A stretch of DNA of 61,064 nt, counting the filler, from Sphacelaria rigidula (Eukaryota): the NCBI GenBank assembly GCA_964200075.2. It is 6 parts of 6 records of this genome, joined end to end, with 100 filler letters (N's around TTAATTAATTAA, not from the genome) between each part and the next. Parts side by side here need not be neighbours in the genome. Positions count along the whole stretch, not along the records: positions 30,585 to 40,678 come from CAXNAA020007160.1; positions 40,779 to 50,871 come from CAXNAA020007161.1; 4 more parts are not named here. One strand, written 5' to 3'. This document shows, piece after piece, positions 36,600-49,891 of this stretch. The first letter of the stretch is position 1; each line of letters starts with the position of its first letter. The notes under the pieces were generated by a model. It had not been told where the DNA came from. It did not search any database and worked only from the letters and a program-made list of their open reading frames with translations. Position numbers and translations under genes: made by a program.

Positions 36600-39500
36600 G
36601 ACCACGAGCTGACTAAAGAACACGTTACTTGTGCCCACGTAATCTATGGTCGAGGTATCGTGACCAAATTGAGAAATACGGCTTGACCGCGAAGTAGTCC
36701 CCCTGTAGGGGAACAAAGTGACCATTTTGATAGCAGTAGTTGGTCAAAATGGTCCCTCTGCTCTGCTCGAGCCTCGTTCTTGGTTCACAATTTTCCGTGG
36801 GAAACTTCGCAACACACATGGTTGACTTGAGCTTTTTGGCTATTCTACGCACGGGCCTCCACCCTCCGGTCAAAACTTACCCCCTGCCCCCGGTCCCTGT
36901 ATTTCCGTGTGAGGAATCTCATAAGCCTTTCAGATCCAGATTTTTTTGGAGACGCTGTAGATGATGGGCACATCCGGCGTGCCTTACATCTAGCGAAAGA
37001 TACGCTTTACAGCTGCCAAATGACGTGTACGAGGTTTGCTCATGTAGCGCGCAACCTGGGTAACATTGAAGGCTATGTCGAACCTTGTACATTGAGATAA
37101 AAAATTAAGGCTTCCAACCACGGCTTGATTTTTCTAGTCGCTTGTTGATCCAGAAGATGTTGCTCCATGTCTTGGTGGTTGTTGTTGATGCCTGGTGCGC
37201 GTACTGCGTCCAAGAGTCCATATTGAATTTGTGTATTTGTGCTGAGACAGTTTGAAGGTTCCTCACCCTGTATCGCGTATAACCTCCATGCCGAGGATGA
37301 GAGACACTGGTCCAATCTCCGAGATGGAAAACTTCGTCTTGAGTGTGTCTTGTATGTCTTGGAAAAAAAATTATGGAGGGTCTCGTTAGAAGGATATCGT
37401 CAACGAACAATGTCAACGTGACGCAATTGTCATTTTGTCTACCAATATACACGTAGGGGTCGCTTGCAGTGACAGTAAACCCAATTTTCCCTAACTCGGA
37501 GTTGATGGTGAAGTTTCAGACATTTGGACTTTGACGCAGACCATAACGTGCGCGACGAAGACGTATTACGTGAGGTTGCCCGGTAGCAGGGTCGCTAGTG
37601 AACACGTCCTCCTGCGGTTTTCCATTTCAAAACGCCGTTTGAACGCCAAGCGCAATTAGTGGCCAGTTTTGAAGGGCGGCTATCGCAAGAAGAATTCGTT
37701 GGCTTTCGAGCCTGCAAACCGGTGCAAACGTACTCCTGCGATGGAATCCGTGTCGTTGTGCCCATCCTTGCACAACGAGTCGAGCCTTGAAGCGTCTGTC
37801 AGCTTTGACCTTAATACACCCAACGCGTGCCAATTATGCTGTTGTTCGGGGGAAAACCTCCAGCTGAAATAATATCAGCCACGCGATGATCTTGGATGCT
37901 ACGCAGCTCATTCAACATAGCTGTTCTCCACTTCCATGCGTAAGGTGAGAAAAAAGCCTGCTTGAAGTTGTTTGGGACAGGAATGGAAGCTGGTGGCACG
38001 ACGATTTTGATGCCAATCGTTCAAATATACTGCAAAACAGTTTTCAAGACCATGGATGGGTGTGGTGAAGTTTCTGCCGTCAGGGCTAGCTTGCGCAGTT
38101 CTCGGGATTGCTGTTGAGTAGTAAAAAAGGGTGAAGTGTGATCCACGTTGCCGGCAGAACGTAGTCGCCTTCGATGAGTAGAGGCAGTCGAACTGTTGTC
38201 GGAGTTGTGCAGCTGTGTTATGCCGTCAAAAACGTTGTCGTTGGAGTCAATAATTTTATGCTGAATTTTTTCCTCGCATCGCTGGGTATTAATATCTTCC
38301 GCCCAAGTAGTCGGAGATGAACCTTGCCACATGTTGGTTGGAGCTCCGACTGCTTCTTCTATGAATGTAACATTCCTGGGACTGCAAATCCTGCCAGAAT
38401 GCCGGTCGGAAATTCGGTATAAAGGGCTGGCCCTGTCGTACCCTATTATAACTCCTTCCCGAGCTTTGTCCTTCAGCTTAGTAAGATGTCCTTTCTTGGA
38501 TACGAACGCACGGCATCCGATAGTACGTAGGAACGATATTTTCGCCTGCTTCCCGAACATCCGGTAGTAGGGTGTTTTTCCGTTGATGCTCCGATGCGGT
38601 AGACGATTGATCAAAAATACTGCAGTGGCAGCAGTCTCTCCCCAAAGATATTTCGGAAGACTCGCTTTGTTGAACCCTTTTGGAACCGACTCCCCACGAG
38701 GGCTGTGTCTCATCCAATTGTTTTCGTGTCGAAAACGTGCGGCCCAATCAAATTCGCGTGTTTCTGATTCGTCTGCACCACTAATTTTCTCAGATGGTTG
38801 AGAACATGAATGCCGTGGACGTATCAAGTACGAGCAAATTCGATTCCACTTTACGTTTTCGAGTCGAAAACAATTTGATGAGACACGGCCTAACAAGGGG
38901 TTGACCCTGTGTTACTGAAACAATGAAAAAAAATAAGTCAGGGAGAGACCTGCCCAATCACGGCGAGGCGAAATTTATCGACCAGACCCGAAGGACCAGC
39001 GCGGGGACTGTTGCCGAGGGTGATGTCATTGCAAATATCGTTTGGGGATCCTGTCCCTGGCCTAGATGAGCCTTCCCATGCTCCCAAATGCAGGATGGTC
39101 GCAGCTTAGTTTATGGTACTACTTGCATTCAGTACAGCGTTCCCGGGATTTTCCGGGAGTTTTTAGGGTCGCCAGTCTATACTAATATGCAGGTGCTACA
39201 CTAACACAGGGTGGAGCGAAAAAAACCGGGAAGAAGTGTATATGCTACCATATGGTCATTTTCACGAGGCACTTAACCCCGGTGGGCCGTGTAAAGACAA
39301 AAGGAGCTACCGTCATGAATTCTGCGTGTCCCTCTGCCGATAACTTGCGGTGTATAGTTACCATGTATGTAGTGGGCGGGGATGAAGAAGCGGTCTATAG
39401 GCAGTTGATCTCGGTAGCTGACAACTGCCCAGAATGTGCAAGGGGGTATGCAGCGGCAGCTGCTGCTGCAGTCGGAGAGACGTACTGCACTGTACTGTAC

Positions 39501-40060
39501 TATACTGTATGTATGCGCGTCGCAACGCTGATACCCTTCGAAGAGAATTTTCCGCATGCAACAAAGGGGGAAATGGCGGCCCACCCCGACCACAAAGGGC
39601 TGTCTGGCAAGGTGATGGGGAAAATATTATCATCCAAAGCCACAAGTGGCGGGCGGCCTGTTGAAAGCTCTCTGCTGCGACCCATGCTGCTTGCTACATT
39701 AGATATACACCACCTAATGCGCACCCTGCACCTGAAAATAGATGGGGTGAAACCTTCGATCTTCCTCATAATCCTGCCGTTACATACGTGGATTATCAGC
39801 AACACGCCACTGTTTCGTGCAGACGCCAGATACGTCATTCCCAATCAGCCCCATTGGTCGTTCTAGAGGCCCGGTCTCAAAAGGGTTAAAAGACAGTGGG
39901 TGATATTCGAAAAAGTTCTACCGTCACGTTCATATATACCGATTCGCTGTGGTGCGTGGGGCGCAGAAAAATCTTGGAGAATTAAAAATCGTCTTGCAGT
40001 AGCGACGAAATAGTCCGCGATGTAGTCACCTACGCGGTCTGACCGCAGGCGATGTACTCG
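36600..40060 (-). pseudogene. Degenerate Ty1/copia pol (integrase, RT, RNase H), probably inside a miaB intron
   Basis: Integrase RLRSDRVGDY...SAPHAPQRIGIYERDGRT...LPKYLWGETAATAVFLINRLP...TIGCRAFV...RNVTFIE. RT VPNNFKQA, FKARLVVQG, TFAPV, YGLRQSP, LFVDDILL. Copia domain order; 3' boundary approximate. Confidence 0.92.
38675..39885. mobile_element. Non-autonomous piggyBac-like insertion (1.2 kb) in the copia integrase
   Basis: TIR CCCTTTTGGAACCG pairs with CGGTCTCAAAAGGG. Flanks are TGAA (decayed) and TTAA. Removal restores ...HCLLNKASLPKYLW in frame. Confidence 0.8.
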
Positions 40061-40061
40061 A

Positions 40062-40473
40062 CTAATATAAAGCTGCATGGCATAAATTTTGTGCATGTGT
40101 TTTGACTTGCGTGCAGTATCTTGTCTGGCTGCACATTGAAACTATGTCTACACGTCAGTGAAAGTGTCTGCTGTATTTTTCCTCTGTTTGCTTGACCGCA
40201 ACAGGTTGTACAGCTATTTGCTATAAAGTCGAAATCCAGAACATGGAAAAGCAGCCAAGTTATAAGTTGTGTGTCAATTTTTGAACGCTCTCCTTTGGGT
40301 GAGACGCCATGGCAAACCAATGTGTACGCAAATAGTGAGTCAAGCAAACAAAAGAAAAATACAACAGGCACTTTTACTGACGTGCACACATGGTTTCAAT
40401 GTGCAAACAGACAAGATCCTGTACGCAAGTCAATACACATGAACAACATTTATGCCACGCAAATTTATAATAG
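40062..40473. mobile_element. Foldback/MITE with ~135-bp diverged inverted arms
   Basis: 40062-40196 is the reverse complement of 40339-40473 at roughly 80% identity. Confidence 0.85.
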
Positions 40474-40678
40474 AGCGAAGGTAAAAAAAGACAAAAATCA
40501 TATTACTCATAATAATTAAGATGGTCATAATAGTCGTAACAGTCATAACAGTAATAACAGTCATAACAGTCATAAAAATCATAATAAACACAATGAGCAT
40601 AAGGACTATAAAAAGCATAATACAGACAGACAGACAGACAGACAGACATACAGACATACAGACATACATACATACATA

Positions 40679-40778
40679 NNNNNNNNNNNNNNNNNNNNNN
40701 NNNNNNNNNNNNNNNNNNNNNNTTAATTAATTAANNNNNNNNNNNNNNNNNNNNNNNNNNNNNNNNNNNNNNNNNNNN
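40679..40778. other. Artificial contig linker
   Basis: N run with TTAATTAATTAA. Confidence 0.99.
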
Positions 40779-41072
40779 CGGTAGCCCCCCCCGTTCTTTT
40801 TATTTGTTGGTGGTCGCAAGAAAACAAAACAAAAAACACAAAACCGCCCCCCCCCCCCCCCCCCCCCCCCCAGGGATCAACCCATCTCCCTACGATATCT
40901 CTCCCCGGTCGGTACACGCCCTACATTTTGGTCCCGCGGATTGGATTATGACTTTACACTCCCGCACCGCACCGCGTCAACTCTCGTCAGTCAATGAGCA
41001 ACTTTTTTCGTTTACTCGTTGTGGTCGTCATGCTTCCGACGGTGGATATCCGATACTTAAAAGGAAAAAACA

Positions 41073-41153
41073 AAATCGCCATCGGGAATCGAACCCATGT
41101 TCTCTCCACCACAAGTGGTGACAGCCGAACCATTTTGATTTACACCACCGAGG
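41073..41153 (-). mobile_element. tRNA-derived SINE-like head
   Basis: Minus strand reads GCCTCGGTGGTGTAAATC...ATGG (A-box-like) and GGGTTCGATTCCC (B box); it does not fold as a cloverleaf. Confidence 0.6.
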
Positions 41154-41296
41154 CACGGCGACGTATACCTGTGGATCCTCGACTATTTTTTTATGGGAAC
41201 GGAAATTATTTTTTCGATGGTGTCTGGAATTTGGGGAAATTATATCCCCACGAAAGTACCTACCTTCGTGGGGTTACCATGGGGGCGCGGGGGGGG

Positions 41297-41595
41297 AGGG
41301 TGTACTCATGATCTTGCATGCCGTAGTCATACGGCCATTGACCTCGCATCCCTACAAAGCCGTGACGCAGCACGTCGGGTTCTCGCCGGACCATGTTCGC
41401 ACTCAGTCACCAAGCGCGAAGCGCCGTGGTGTGTCCGGCGAGTCTCATGAAGGGTGAGCTGCATCCTGCTGAGAGCGTTCGACTCGAAGCCTACGGATTA
41501 TCTTGCATGTGGGTGACAGCCTCCAATGAGTTGCTTTAATTTCTGGTGTCGCCACTTCCAGAGACAGCAACGGCTTATACACTGTATCATGTAAA
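41297..41595. repeat. Copy of the 35859-36228 dispersed repeat
   Basis: Colinear similarity over about 300 bp. Confidence 0.9.
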
Positions 41596-42391
41596 CACTG
41601 GACGCTGTTTTTGTGCGACATGTTTTCGCATCTTTTTATTTTTCGCTCACAATTTTTCATTTGTGTTTTTCTCCCCTCGTGGCAATGTAAGAAAAAAGCC
41701 CTGTAAAAATGCTTTTCTAGTCTAGACTCTCCGTCGTTTTACGCCCCTAAAAGAGAGCTAGGCGAAGTTTGAAAACCATGAAATGGCTTGCTCAACTCTT
41801 CGAGATGACTCTGCGGCATATTATCGTTTTCTGTAGGCCGTGGTTTTTTCTTTTGGGTAAACTTGCATTTTTGTCCAAGAACGGCCGAGAACGGTCAGAC
41901 CTAAAATCAAAAACTGCCGTTCCGTCTTTGAACTGGACCGTCTCTGGGCAATAATGCTTGTTAGGTAGAAACAAAACTACGACCACCGGAAAACGCGAAG
42001 ATGTCCCATTAATAGAACCGTCTCAACGAGTAGAGCAAGTCATTCCAAGGTGTCAAACTTCCGCCTACCGTAGCTCTATTTCAGGGCGTACAACGACGAA
42101 GGAGGACGAGAAGAGCATTTCATTAACAGGGCTTTTTTTGTTTTGTTTGCCAAAAGGAGCGGCATAAAACAGTCTTACTACTTGTATTTCACATATATAT
42201 ATATATATATTCACGGAGCCAACCGTTTTGAGTATTTTTATTAGTATTTATCTTTTGCTTTGTTTTATTTCGTCTCGTTTTTTTTTTTTGTGCGAAAGAT
42301 CCGGATTCCAGGTAGTTTTCAACTTTTCATTCTTGTTGTCACGGTGGGTCCCGTGTTTTGTATGGATTCGTTTTTTTTTTTTTGTCGCCAG

Positions 42392-42473
42392 ATGGTCACC
42401 GGGTCACAGCTCTCTCGCCACTGTCCTGGAGCAGTTTAGGGGGGCGCTAGCACCATTTCTTCCTTTGTGGGAT
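42392..42473 (+). CDS. FANCL: E3 ubiquitin ligase FANCL, internal exon
   Basis: cag|xWSPGHSSLATVLEQFRGALAPFLPLWD|gtgag; resembles the FANCL DRWD segment W...SSL..I..QF...I.....FWD. Confidence 0.85.
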
Positions 42474-42673
42474 GTGAGCGGCAAGAAGTAGACAGTCTGA
42501 GTTAGGTTGCGTCAGGCAGTGTGTGTACGAGGTCACTCGCGGTACGCTCTTGTTTGCCGCACGGCAGCATGCATGCACGGCAGAGGTGTGTCCCTCCGTC
42601 AAAACGGCTCTCGAGTGGAGGTGTGTTCACCACGTGGTCGATGAAGAAGTTTGTCGGAAACATCTTTTTCAGA

Positions 42674-42703
42674 TAACCCTAACCCTCACCCTCACCCTAA
42701 CCC
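42674..42703. repeat. Short interstitial telomere-like (TAACCC)n tract
   Basis: TAACCCTAACCCTCACCCTCACCCTAACCC. Confidence 0.6.
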
Positions 42704-42972
42704 AAGGCATACCGAGAACCCTCGGGCGAAGGGAGTGCGAAGCGTTCCTTAGGCAAAGTGTGGCGTTGGCAGACCTCAAGGTGGTGCCGCAGGCGTCGAT
42801 TTTGACGAAAATGCCTTCTGCGCACGCGAGGGACAGTTGGGGCTGTCAGCCCTGCCAAAGATACGAATATCGGTGTTTACACTCAAATCAAGTAATAAAA
42901 TTCCGGGAAGGTTCTAATCGACCAAGTGGTGAACACAACTGCTAGGGTGTAATAGAAGTGAGCTGTGTCTGC

Positions 42973-43038
<66 letters not shown>

Positions 43039-43181
43039 GTTGCTCCTTCTTCTGTTGTTGTCATGATAATGTTCTTGTTATTGCCGTGATCCATTACTGT
43101 TTGTGCTGTTATTGCTATCGACATGGATCGTTTGATCCATTAGTATTGATATTTGTTGTTGCTGTTGCCATGATCCATTAC

Positions 43182-43251
<70 letters not shown>

Positions 43252-43322
43252 ATCGACATGGATCATTTTGATCCCATCAGTGTTGATAATTGTTATCGCT
43301 CTTTGCCATGATCCAATACTGT
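42973..43322. repeat. (TTG)n microsatellites embedded in an imperfect minisatellite
   Basis: TTG runs at 42973-43037 and 43182-43250; repeated CC(A/G)TGATCCA(T/A)TACTGT...TATCGACATGGATC units. Confidence 0.9.
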
Positions 43323-43662
43323 CGAGTGCTGTGTTCTTATCGCCATCGCCATTGACGATGTGATTTGTCTGTGATGATGTTGCCGTTCATGCCATTGCCA
43401 TAATTCGTTATTGTTCATATTGTTGCTGCTTCTGTTGTTGCAACAGCGTTTCCACGACAGCAGCACTTGGTGCTGACTTCCACCCTAGCCGCGCGTAAAT
43501 CCCCGTCATCGTCAATCGACTGCACACCCTCCAGCAGAATATATTTACCTCAGCTTATCATCATCACGACGAAGACACTCAAGTAAGGCACCAGGAATGA
43601 AATATCTCGGCTGGCTTTTTTTTTGTGATTCGACTTCCCTCGTTTATCCTGTCATTATCCAG

Positions 43663-43797
43663 GAACTGGACGATCTTGACAGGCATACCTGGATACTCGA
43701 GCCGGAAAAACCGTCGCTCTCGACGACAATGAGGCGCGTGGCCGTTGCCCCTCATTGCTCCGTCATGCTCAACATTGACCCGAGGGCGCCGAGCGCG
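43663..43797 (+). CDS. FANCL: FANCL internal exon (second RWD-like repeat)
   Basis: cag|ELDDLDRHTWILEPEKPSLSTTMRRVAVAPHCSVMLNIDPRAPSA|gtaag; matches the FANCL signature D..D..TW.LEPEKP....RR.A.......DPR.P. Confidence 0.93.
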
Positions 43798-46619
43798 GTA
43801 AGACTCCCCGGAATGTGGGGGTAAACCGCTAGACGGCGAAATTTGGTCATCTGTTGAATCGGCATAAAATTCGACTCTTAAATAGTATGCATGATCCAGG
43901 TGGACTACCCTTGCGGTCTCATTTTCGTTCCTCTTTCTAGTGAAAATGATGCCGATTAAAATATATATATAAAGCATCGCTCGCAGTCAAGGGATTAAGG
44001 GGACAAGGAACAATAAAGTGAGAGGGGATATGATAGGGTTTCAAGTGAAAAGCGCGACTGGCGTGTGGTTTATTAGGTGCCTTGTTAACGAAGCATTTTA
44101 AAAGTATGTTTTTCTTCCCCCCTCCCCCTGAGAAACTGATTCGAAGGATTAGATGTTTCCCCCAATTCTCCAAAAATAAGTGCTAAAAAGAAATCCGACG
44201 CTTGATAATCGGAGAAATCTGCAGTCAATTCTGAAAAACAATGTGACGTAAGATTTTCTGAAAAATCTGTAGTCAGTCTTGAATTGATCCTGTGGCTGAC
44301 ATTGGTAAGAAACCTGCTCTAACTTTTGTCGGAGATTTTCTTCTTCGTTTCTCCCCGAGAAATTCGGAGATTCCGAATAAAAAAACGTTCATACGTAGGA
44401 CCCCTGATGTCTGTAGATAATAAGCGTAGCGTTACGGCTACATATATACGAGGGTGGTTGGAATGTGATGGGTCTTCGATGGGCACTCGAGGTGAAAAGC
44501 CGTTTTTTGCAGGTTTGGACACCAACGCGCTGAGGTGGTCTGAAGCAAATTGGTACATTCAAACACCGGTTTGGCCAGAGCCGGAGGGAAGGGGTGAATT
44601 CCATCCACCAGATACAATGCTGTACTGTTTTCCCTTCTTGTTTTGGAGGGGAGAGGGCGGGGGGGTGATATGTGATTACCGTTGATAAAAACGTGAGAAC
44701 TCGAGGCAGCAAAATAAAAGTCGGCGCAAAGTAGACGGGGTGCAGTAGTGTTGGTCCGATTCGCGACGATATACCAAATTTTTAGGCAAGTACCGGGGGA
44801 GAGAGGTAGATGGTTCAATCCATACATACCCTGGACAAATAACAGACAACATCGCACACACGTCGGAGAGTTCATGAGCCAACCTAACCCTCTCGGTGTA
44901 ATGGGAATGGAAAAGTGAAAAATGTGGATCTTGAGGTGTTTTTTTTTTTTTAACGACATAATGTGGATGAGTATTCGCACAGCTTTCGGGAAAAACCGGA
45001 CATATGGACCGAACAAAACCCCAACCACCCCACCAATACGAAAATGAAACGAAACAAAACGAAACGAAACAAACAATAAATAAATAAATCAACAGTTTTA
45101 CTCTTGTTCCACCCTCTCTCGGGTCACAGGGCGGCGGGCGGGCGAATTGAATCTAACACGTTCGAGAACCACCGTTTGTGCTGTACGTGACTGTCTTGCT
45201 TGCACCCGTGAGTGTTCGTTGCCTTGCTCGGTATTGGCGAGCGTGGAGTGCTTTTTGGGCTTGGGAACTGAGCATAACCGAGCGAGGGCGGTGGATGTGC
45301 ATTTTGTTCTCTCACAGTGACCCCTACAGTACCATCCTGTTGTGTCGTCATCCACCACTACATGACCTGATCCTATATGATTCGTCATCCGCCAACACAA
45401 ACCTCAGATTCCTTCGAAATCCTACCATTTTCAGACCCGTATTACAATGTGCCCCTGTGCGGCATGGGACTCCGTATGTAAAAAATAGACAAGTGGTGCC
45501 CACTTTTGCTTGTATACGACGTGGTAGACTTCAGGGACGCGAGGGCTGATGATTTTGGCTGTGTGCACAAACTTAATACAAGCTTGACCCGTTACGTCCC
45601 TTCACAGGATAAAACTAATCTGACTCCACCGGGGGGACATTTTTGGTGCGTGCATGACGTCTGCTGGGGGATTCTGCTGTGACCTTCCGCCGTGAAAATG
45701 GTTGCTATCGGTCGATCGGTCTTTTCTGTTCCCATTTTTCTTTTTCCTCTTGTCAGGGCTTGATTTGATGAGGCGTCTGGCCCGGGGACGGAAGGGGAGG
45801 GTTCCCGAAGATATCATTATCTAAACAACCGAAAAGGACTCTTAGATTTATTCTCTATGAAAACGAAATACGTGACAGCCGGGTCCGAGAAGAGCATAAC
45901 GCTATCTTTTCGTCACTACTTATGATCGGCGTCCAGCGCTGTAGGGAGCAAATATGGAACAAGGGACCAAATGAGCTAAAATAGGTCATGGTCCCGGATC
46001 AGTACACTAATAAGAAGTGATGGTCAGGTAGCTAGCTCATGAGCTGTCTGATGTGTGGAACATGGTCAAAACGTGTACTGCGTCCAGTATCGAAGAATTT
46101 GCTCATTGTAGTAGACGATAGATTCAGTACTGTACGCAGCACAATATTTGACGGCATAATCTCTGAACCCCCAGGGCTGTTCTCGTTTTTTTTTTTTCAT
46201 TTTTGCTCTTCTCTTTTCTTTTTCTTCCCTCTTCTTCTTCCCTCTTTCGTTTTAGATCGGGCCATTTCTTTTTGTGCCTTGCTTTTGTTGACTTTTTATT
46301 TTATTTTCACGTCTTCGTCTACGATGTCGTCCTGTTCGACTTTTTCTGTTCCTTCTTTTTCTTCAGCGAGTGTTTTCAGTTCTGTTTTTTCTTGGGTACG
46401 TCTATCATGTGACCACGCCTGGATCATGACTACCTTGGGGGTCAGTCACAGTGCGACAGTCAATCAAATCAATATTTCCATCAATATGTTGTCATTATCC
46501 AAATAATGATAACAATAAAATAATAATAATATTCCAGGGTGTGATGCCCTTGAGACGACGGACGGGTCCTCGGGAAGGCGAGATGTTCAAAATGTGACTG
46601 GAGAATAAAAACCGAAGGG

Positions 46620-47717
46620 GTAATAGAGAGTTTCGGAAAACGTTTTTTTTTCCCATCTTACAGTCAGAGTGAAAGGAAAAATAGCCGGGAACGGTGCCCT
46701 TTCCGTCATGAAGTATTTTTTAGAGCGATTTTTTCAGAGTGAGAATGCCGTTTGCACCTCTCCACTCTGAAAACCGCTGTACCTCTTCATAGTTCAGAGC
46801 GGAACAAAGACGAACCCACACCTTCACCACCATGATCACAGCCAGTTCAAGATCAATTTACCCCAACAAGCAAAGTGGGACATCCATCACAACTGTCGAG
46901 CTCATCACAATGGACCATTCACGATGTAGAAAACGCTTTGCATCGCAATCAGAAGACCTCCCTGACGCTGCCACGGTCGTGTTAGCATTCGCTTGGTTGC
47001 GCTGGGTGAAAATTCAAATGCTCGGCAGACACACGCCGTTGCCTTGAGTGCAGTGCCCCATTTTTGCCAGCTTCAACCGTAACAAGACGGTGTGAACGAT
47101 TCGTAGTCTACAACGCACAAGCAGTACCAACACCTGGCTACATTGCCATTCCGTTAGAGGTCATGACTTCTTGCACCACCGTTGTGGGTGGCATGTTGGG
47201 AAATCATCACGATACGGCCTTGTCTGTTGTTTGGAAGTGCTGGGTGATTTCGTACTGTACTACTGTACGACCGGCTGTCTGTACGGTACCGCTGCAGTTC
47301 ACCGTACCGCAATGTACTGCTTTAGGGTTCTGCATTGCTCTCTCTGTACTGGATTGGCTGTACTCTATACTGCACAGCACTACAGCACTACAGTGCCCTG
47401 TAGTGCGCCGTGGTGGATTGAAGTACTGCAGGTGCAATGAAGCGTAGTGTACGCACGTACGGTGCCTCAGGGTATAGTATGGTACAGTCAATGTTGTGCT
47501 GATCTGTGCATTTTCGGACTGCACGATGGTCGATCGCACATTTGGCGGCGGCACGATCTGCGGCCAATCACTGCGAAAAAAAAAACTCAACATCAAGCCA
47601 CGTCACAGCAGCTTCCGCTATAAACTTTTTAGCGTCCACTCTGAAGTTTCAATCCTTTCACTCTGCACTCTGACTCTATGGCGAGAAGAACTATCTTCCG
47701 AAACTCTTTGATATCCA
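46620..47717. mobile_element. Probable non-autonomous DNA transposon with long diverged TIRs, in a FANCL intron
   Basis: AGAGTTTCGGAA...CAGAGTGAAAGGA at 46627-46678 is inverted at about 47653-47708. Confidence 0.55.
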
Positions 47718-48268
47718 TATCAGCCCCCCCCCCCTCCCTTCATGGGCTGCTTCATGCGTGTTTTTCGAGACTCGAAGAGGTTTGTTCGTAAAAGGGATCT
47801 TATTCGCCGGCTAATCTTGAGCGTTGGTGATCACGGCAACGCAGCTGCTCAAGGCCTTGAGCTCAAGACAAGCTGCTATCATTGAGAACAATATTTCCGT
47901 GCGAGATTGAAAGTCTTGCGCTGATTGTGAGAGCGAGTTTCATTATTCGCTCTAACTTGACCAATTTTTTCATTCCGTGTGTGTGGTGTTCTTTGCCGGT
48001 AACTCTGTCGTGTGCTTACAGACAGCTAGCTACACGTCTATGTCCTACTCAGGGGTACTTAATGCTTCAGTGGCGAGCTAGTAATACAGAAAGCGTACCG
48101 GGCCTCGTCGAAGGTCCGGAGGGGCATTTCGGAACTGAAAGTGTTTCATCCACTAATTGACGCCTTCTCGCTTTCAGAAAACAGTGTTTACTGCTTTTTG
48201 CAAGAGGCCTCAAGTCGCACCAATTCGCGTCTGTTTGATGACCACCCCTGTCCGATCTACGGGTACAG

Positions 48269-48348
48269 GTACCAGAAGTACGGTTCTTGGGGAGCCAAGC
48301 AGTAATCGGTCCCCTTCGGGAGGCATTTTCTCGGAATCTCCTGTCATG
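48269..48348 (+). CDS. FANCL: FANCL internal exon
   Basis: cag|VPEVRFLGSQAVIGPLREAFSRNLLS(W)|gtgag; matches PE..FLG...V..PL....SRN...W. RING-domain exons not found on this contig. Confidence 0.9.
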
Positions 48349-48470
48349 GTGAGTGTGCGCGAGGGGTGAAGAGAGGATGGATGATGACAAGTACGAGTAT
48401 GTCCTTCGCGCGATGGTGTTGTTAGCGGCTGAAGAAGGACGATGTATGTGCGCCGTAATATAACTGTACT

Positions 48471-48816
48471 GGTCGGCCCGGCGGCTCAGCTGGTAACCTC
48501 GAAACCTTCTGCCGGTTGGCTCGTGTGTTCGAATCTCGGAACGATCTGGGATTTTTCTCACACCATGCCCAACAGTGGAGAGCGACTATGCCGTTGGTAC
48601 ACAAAATTCGGCTCAACGGTCGACGAGGGAAAGGGAGCGCTGAACCCCTCTCACGATAAAAAATTACGGCAAGCACCGCAGAAGGAAGGCGGAGTACTAA
48701 AAACAAACAAAGAAGAACAAACTCCTGTGGTGGCATTCCTCCTGTGACCCCTGCTGGTGCGCCCACATATACCGGAAGGTGTAGGCCAACGTTCAGAATA
48801 GATGGGACGACAACAG
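48471..48816 (+). mobile_element. tRNA-derived SINE
   Basis: A box GGCTCAGCTGG, B box GTTCGAATC; colinear with 59658-60160. Confidence 0.88.
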
Positions 48817-49416
48817 CACGGCACTGTTGCACATCCTGGACAATACGCGCTAAACAGTTGCAATAGAAGAAAATTGTACTGCGTCAAGTGTAGACTTATT
48901 CGCGGTTAGGACGACTAAACTCGTGATTCAACTCATATTCATTATTCCAACGGATAAATCATACGATTCGTACATCATTTATTCGTAATTTATACAGCTT
49001 TTCAGCTCGTACGTCGTGCAGTACATGTCAAAGGTACCTGCTTCCTACCTTCCGTGAATAGCGGGGTAAATATTGGGGCACATATTCATCTGCTGCACTG
49101 TAATTTGAATGAATCGATTGTACATGCCACGCACTCCTTACCATCATGAGTCGGGAACGTCATGTACAACTTGCTTGGCTGAGTCGTTCGAGGTGAGCGC
49201 CCGTATATTCTTCCCACCTTCGGGTTAATGCGGGACCAACAATTCATACAGGTCGAATCTTGTCAATACATGGGCCCCGAATCACGCGTACTTTTCTCCA
49301 AGCTGTAATGTGCGCAAGATTCCTGCGCTGCATATGTGTTATCCACCCTCCACTCAGCGGGACCAACAGTTGATACAGGTTTGATCTTGTGATTCTGTCG
49401 TGCTGTTGTTGTTGTT

Positions 49417-49448
<32 letters not shown>

Positions 49449-49891
49449 ACCCCTTGTTGTTGAAGTTTTTTTCAGCAGCTCCACAGAATGAAGTGTTTTG
49501 ACCAGTCCTCCTCATAGGGAACAAAAAACATGAAAAAAAAAAAAACAGAACAAAAAGTGATTGTGCAGCACTGTCCGTTCCGAAGTCGATGATGATGGTG
49601 GCCATATATATATATATATATATATGCAGTCTTGTCCCTTTCCCAAATATACGAATATGGATTTTTTTCAGCTGAGACGTCCAAACACAGCGCGCCTGTC
49701 AACGTCTGACGCTACCGAAACTCCACGCACGTGTAAGTCGCACACCCTGGACAATATATGGTCAATGATTGATTGATGGATTCATTGGTTGGTTGATTGC
49801 CACACTTTAGCTGTTCCCCCCCGCGGATCCAACCGTGGCCACATGATAGAACAGTAGATTCAATAGACCAAAAATGTACCGGATTAGAGTG

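Noticed and set aside
39252-39866. 204-aa ORF as a transposase of the piggyBac-like insert
   Set aside because: No DDD/DDE or Cys-rich motif is recognisable, and it crosses low-complexity sequence.
42674-42703. True telomere
   Set aside because: Only five imperfect units, inside an intron in mid-contig.
42942-43271. Poly-N and poly-C ORFs (also poly-Y/T at 25408-25848, poly-P/G at 30115-30540, TDRQ repeats at 31341-31953)
   Set aside because: They are translations of microsatellites or homopolymer runs.
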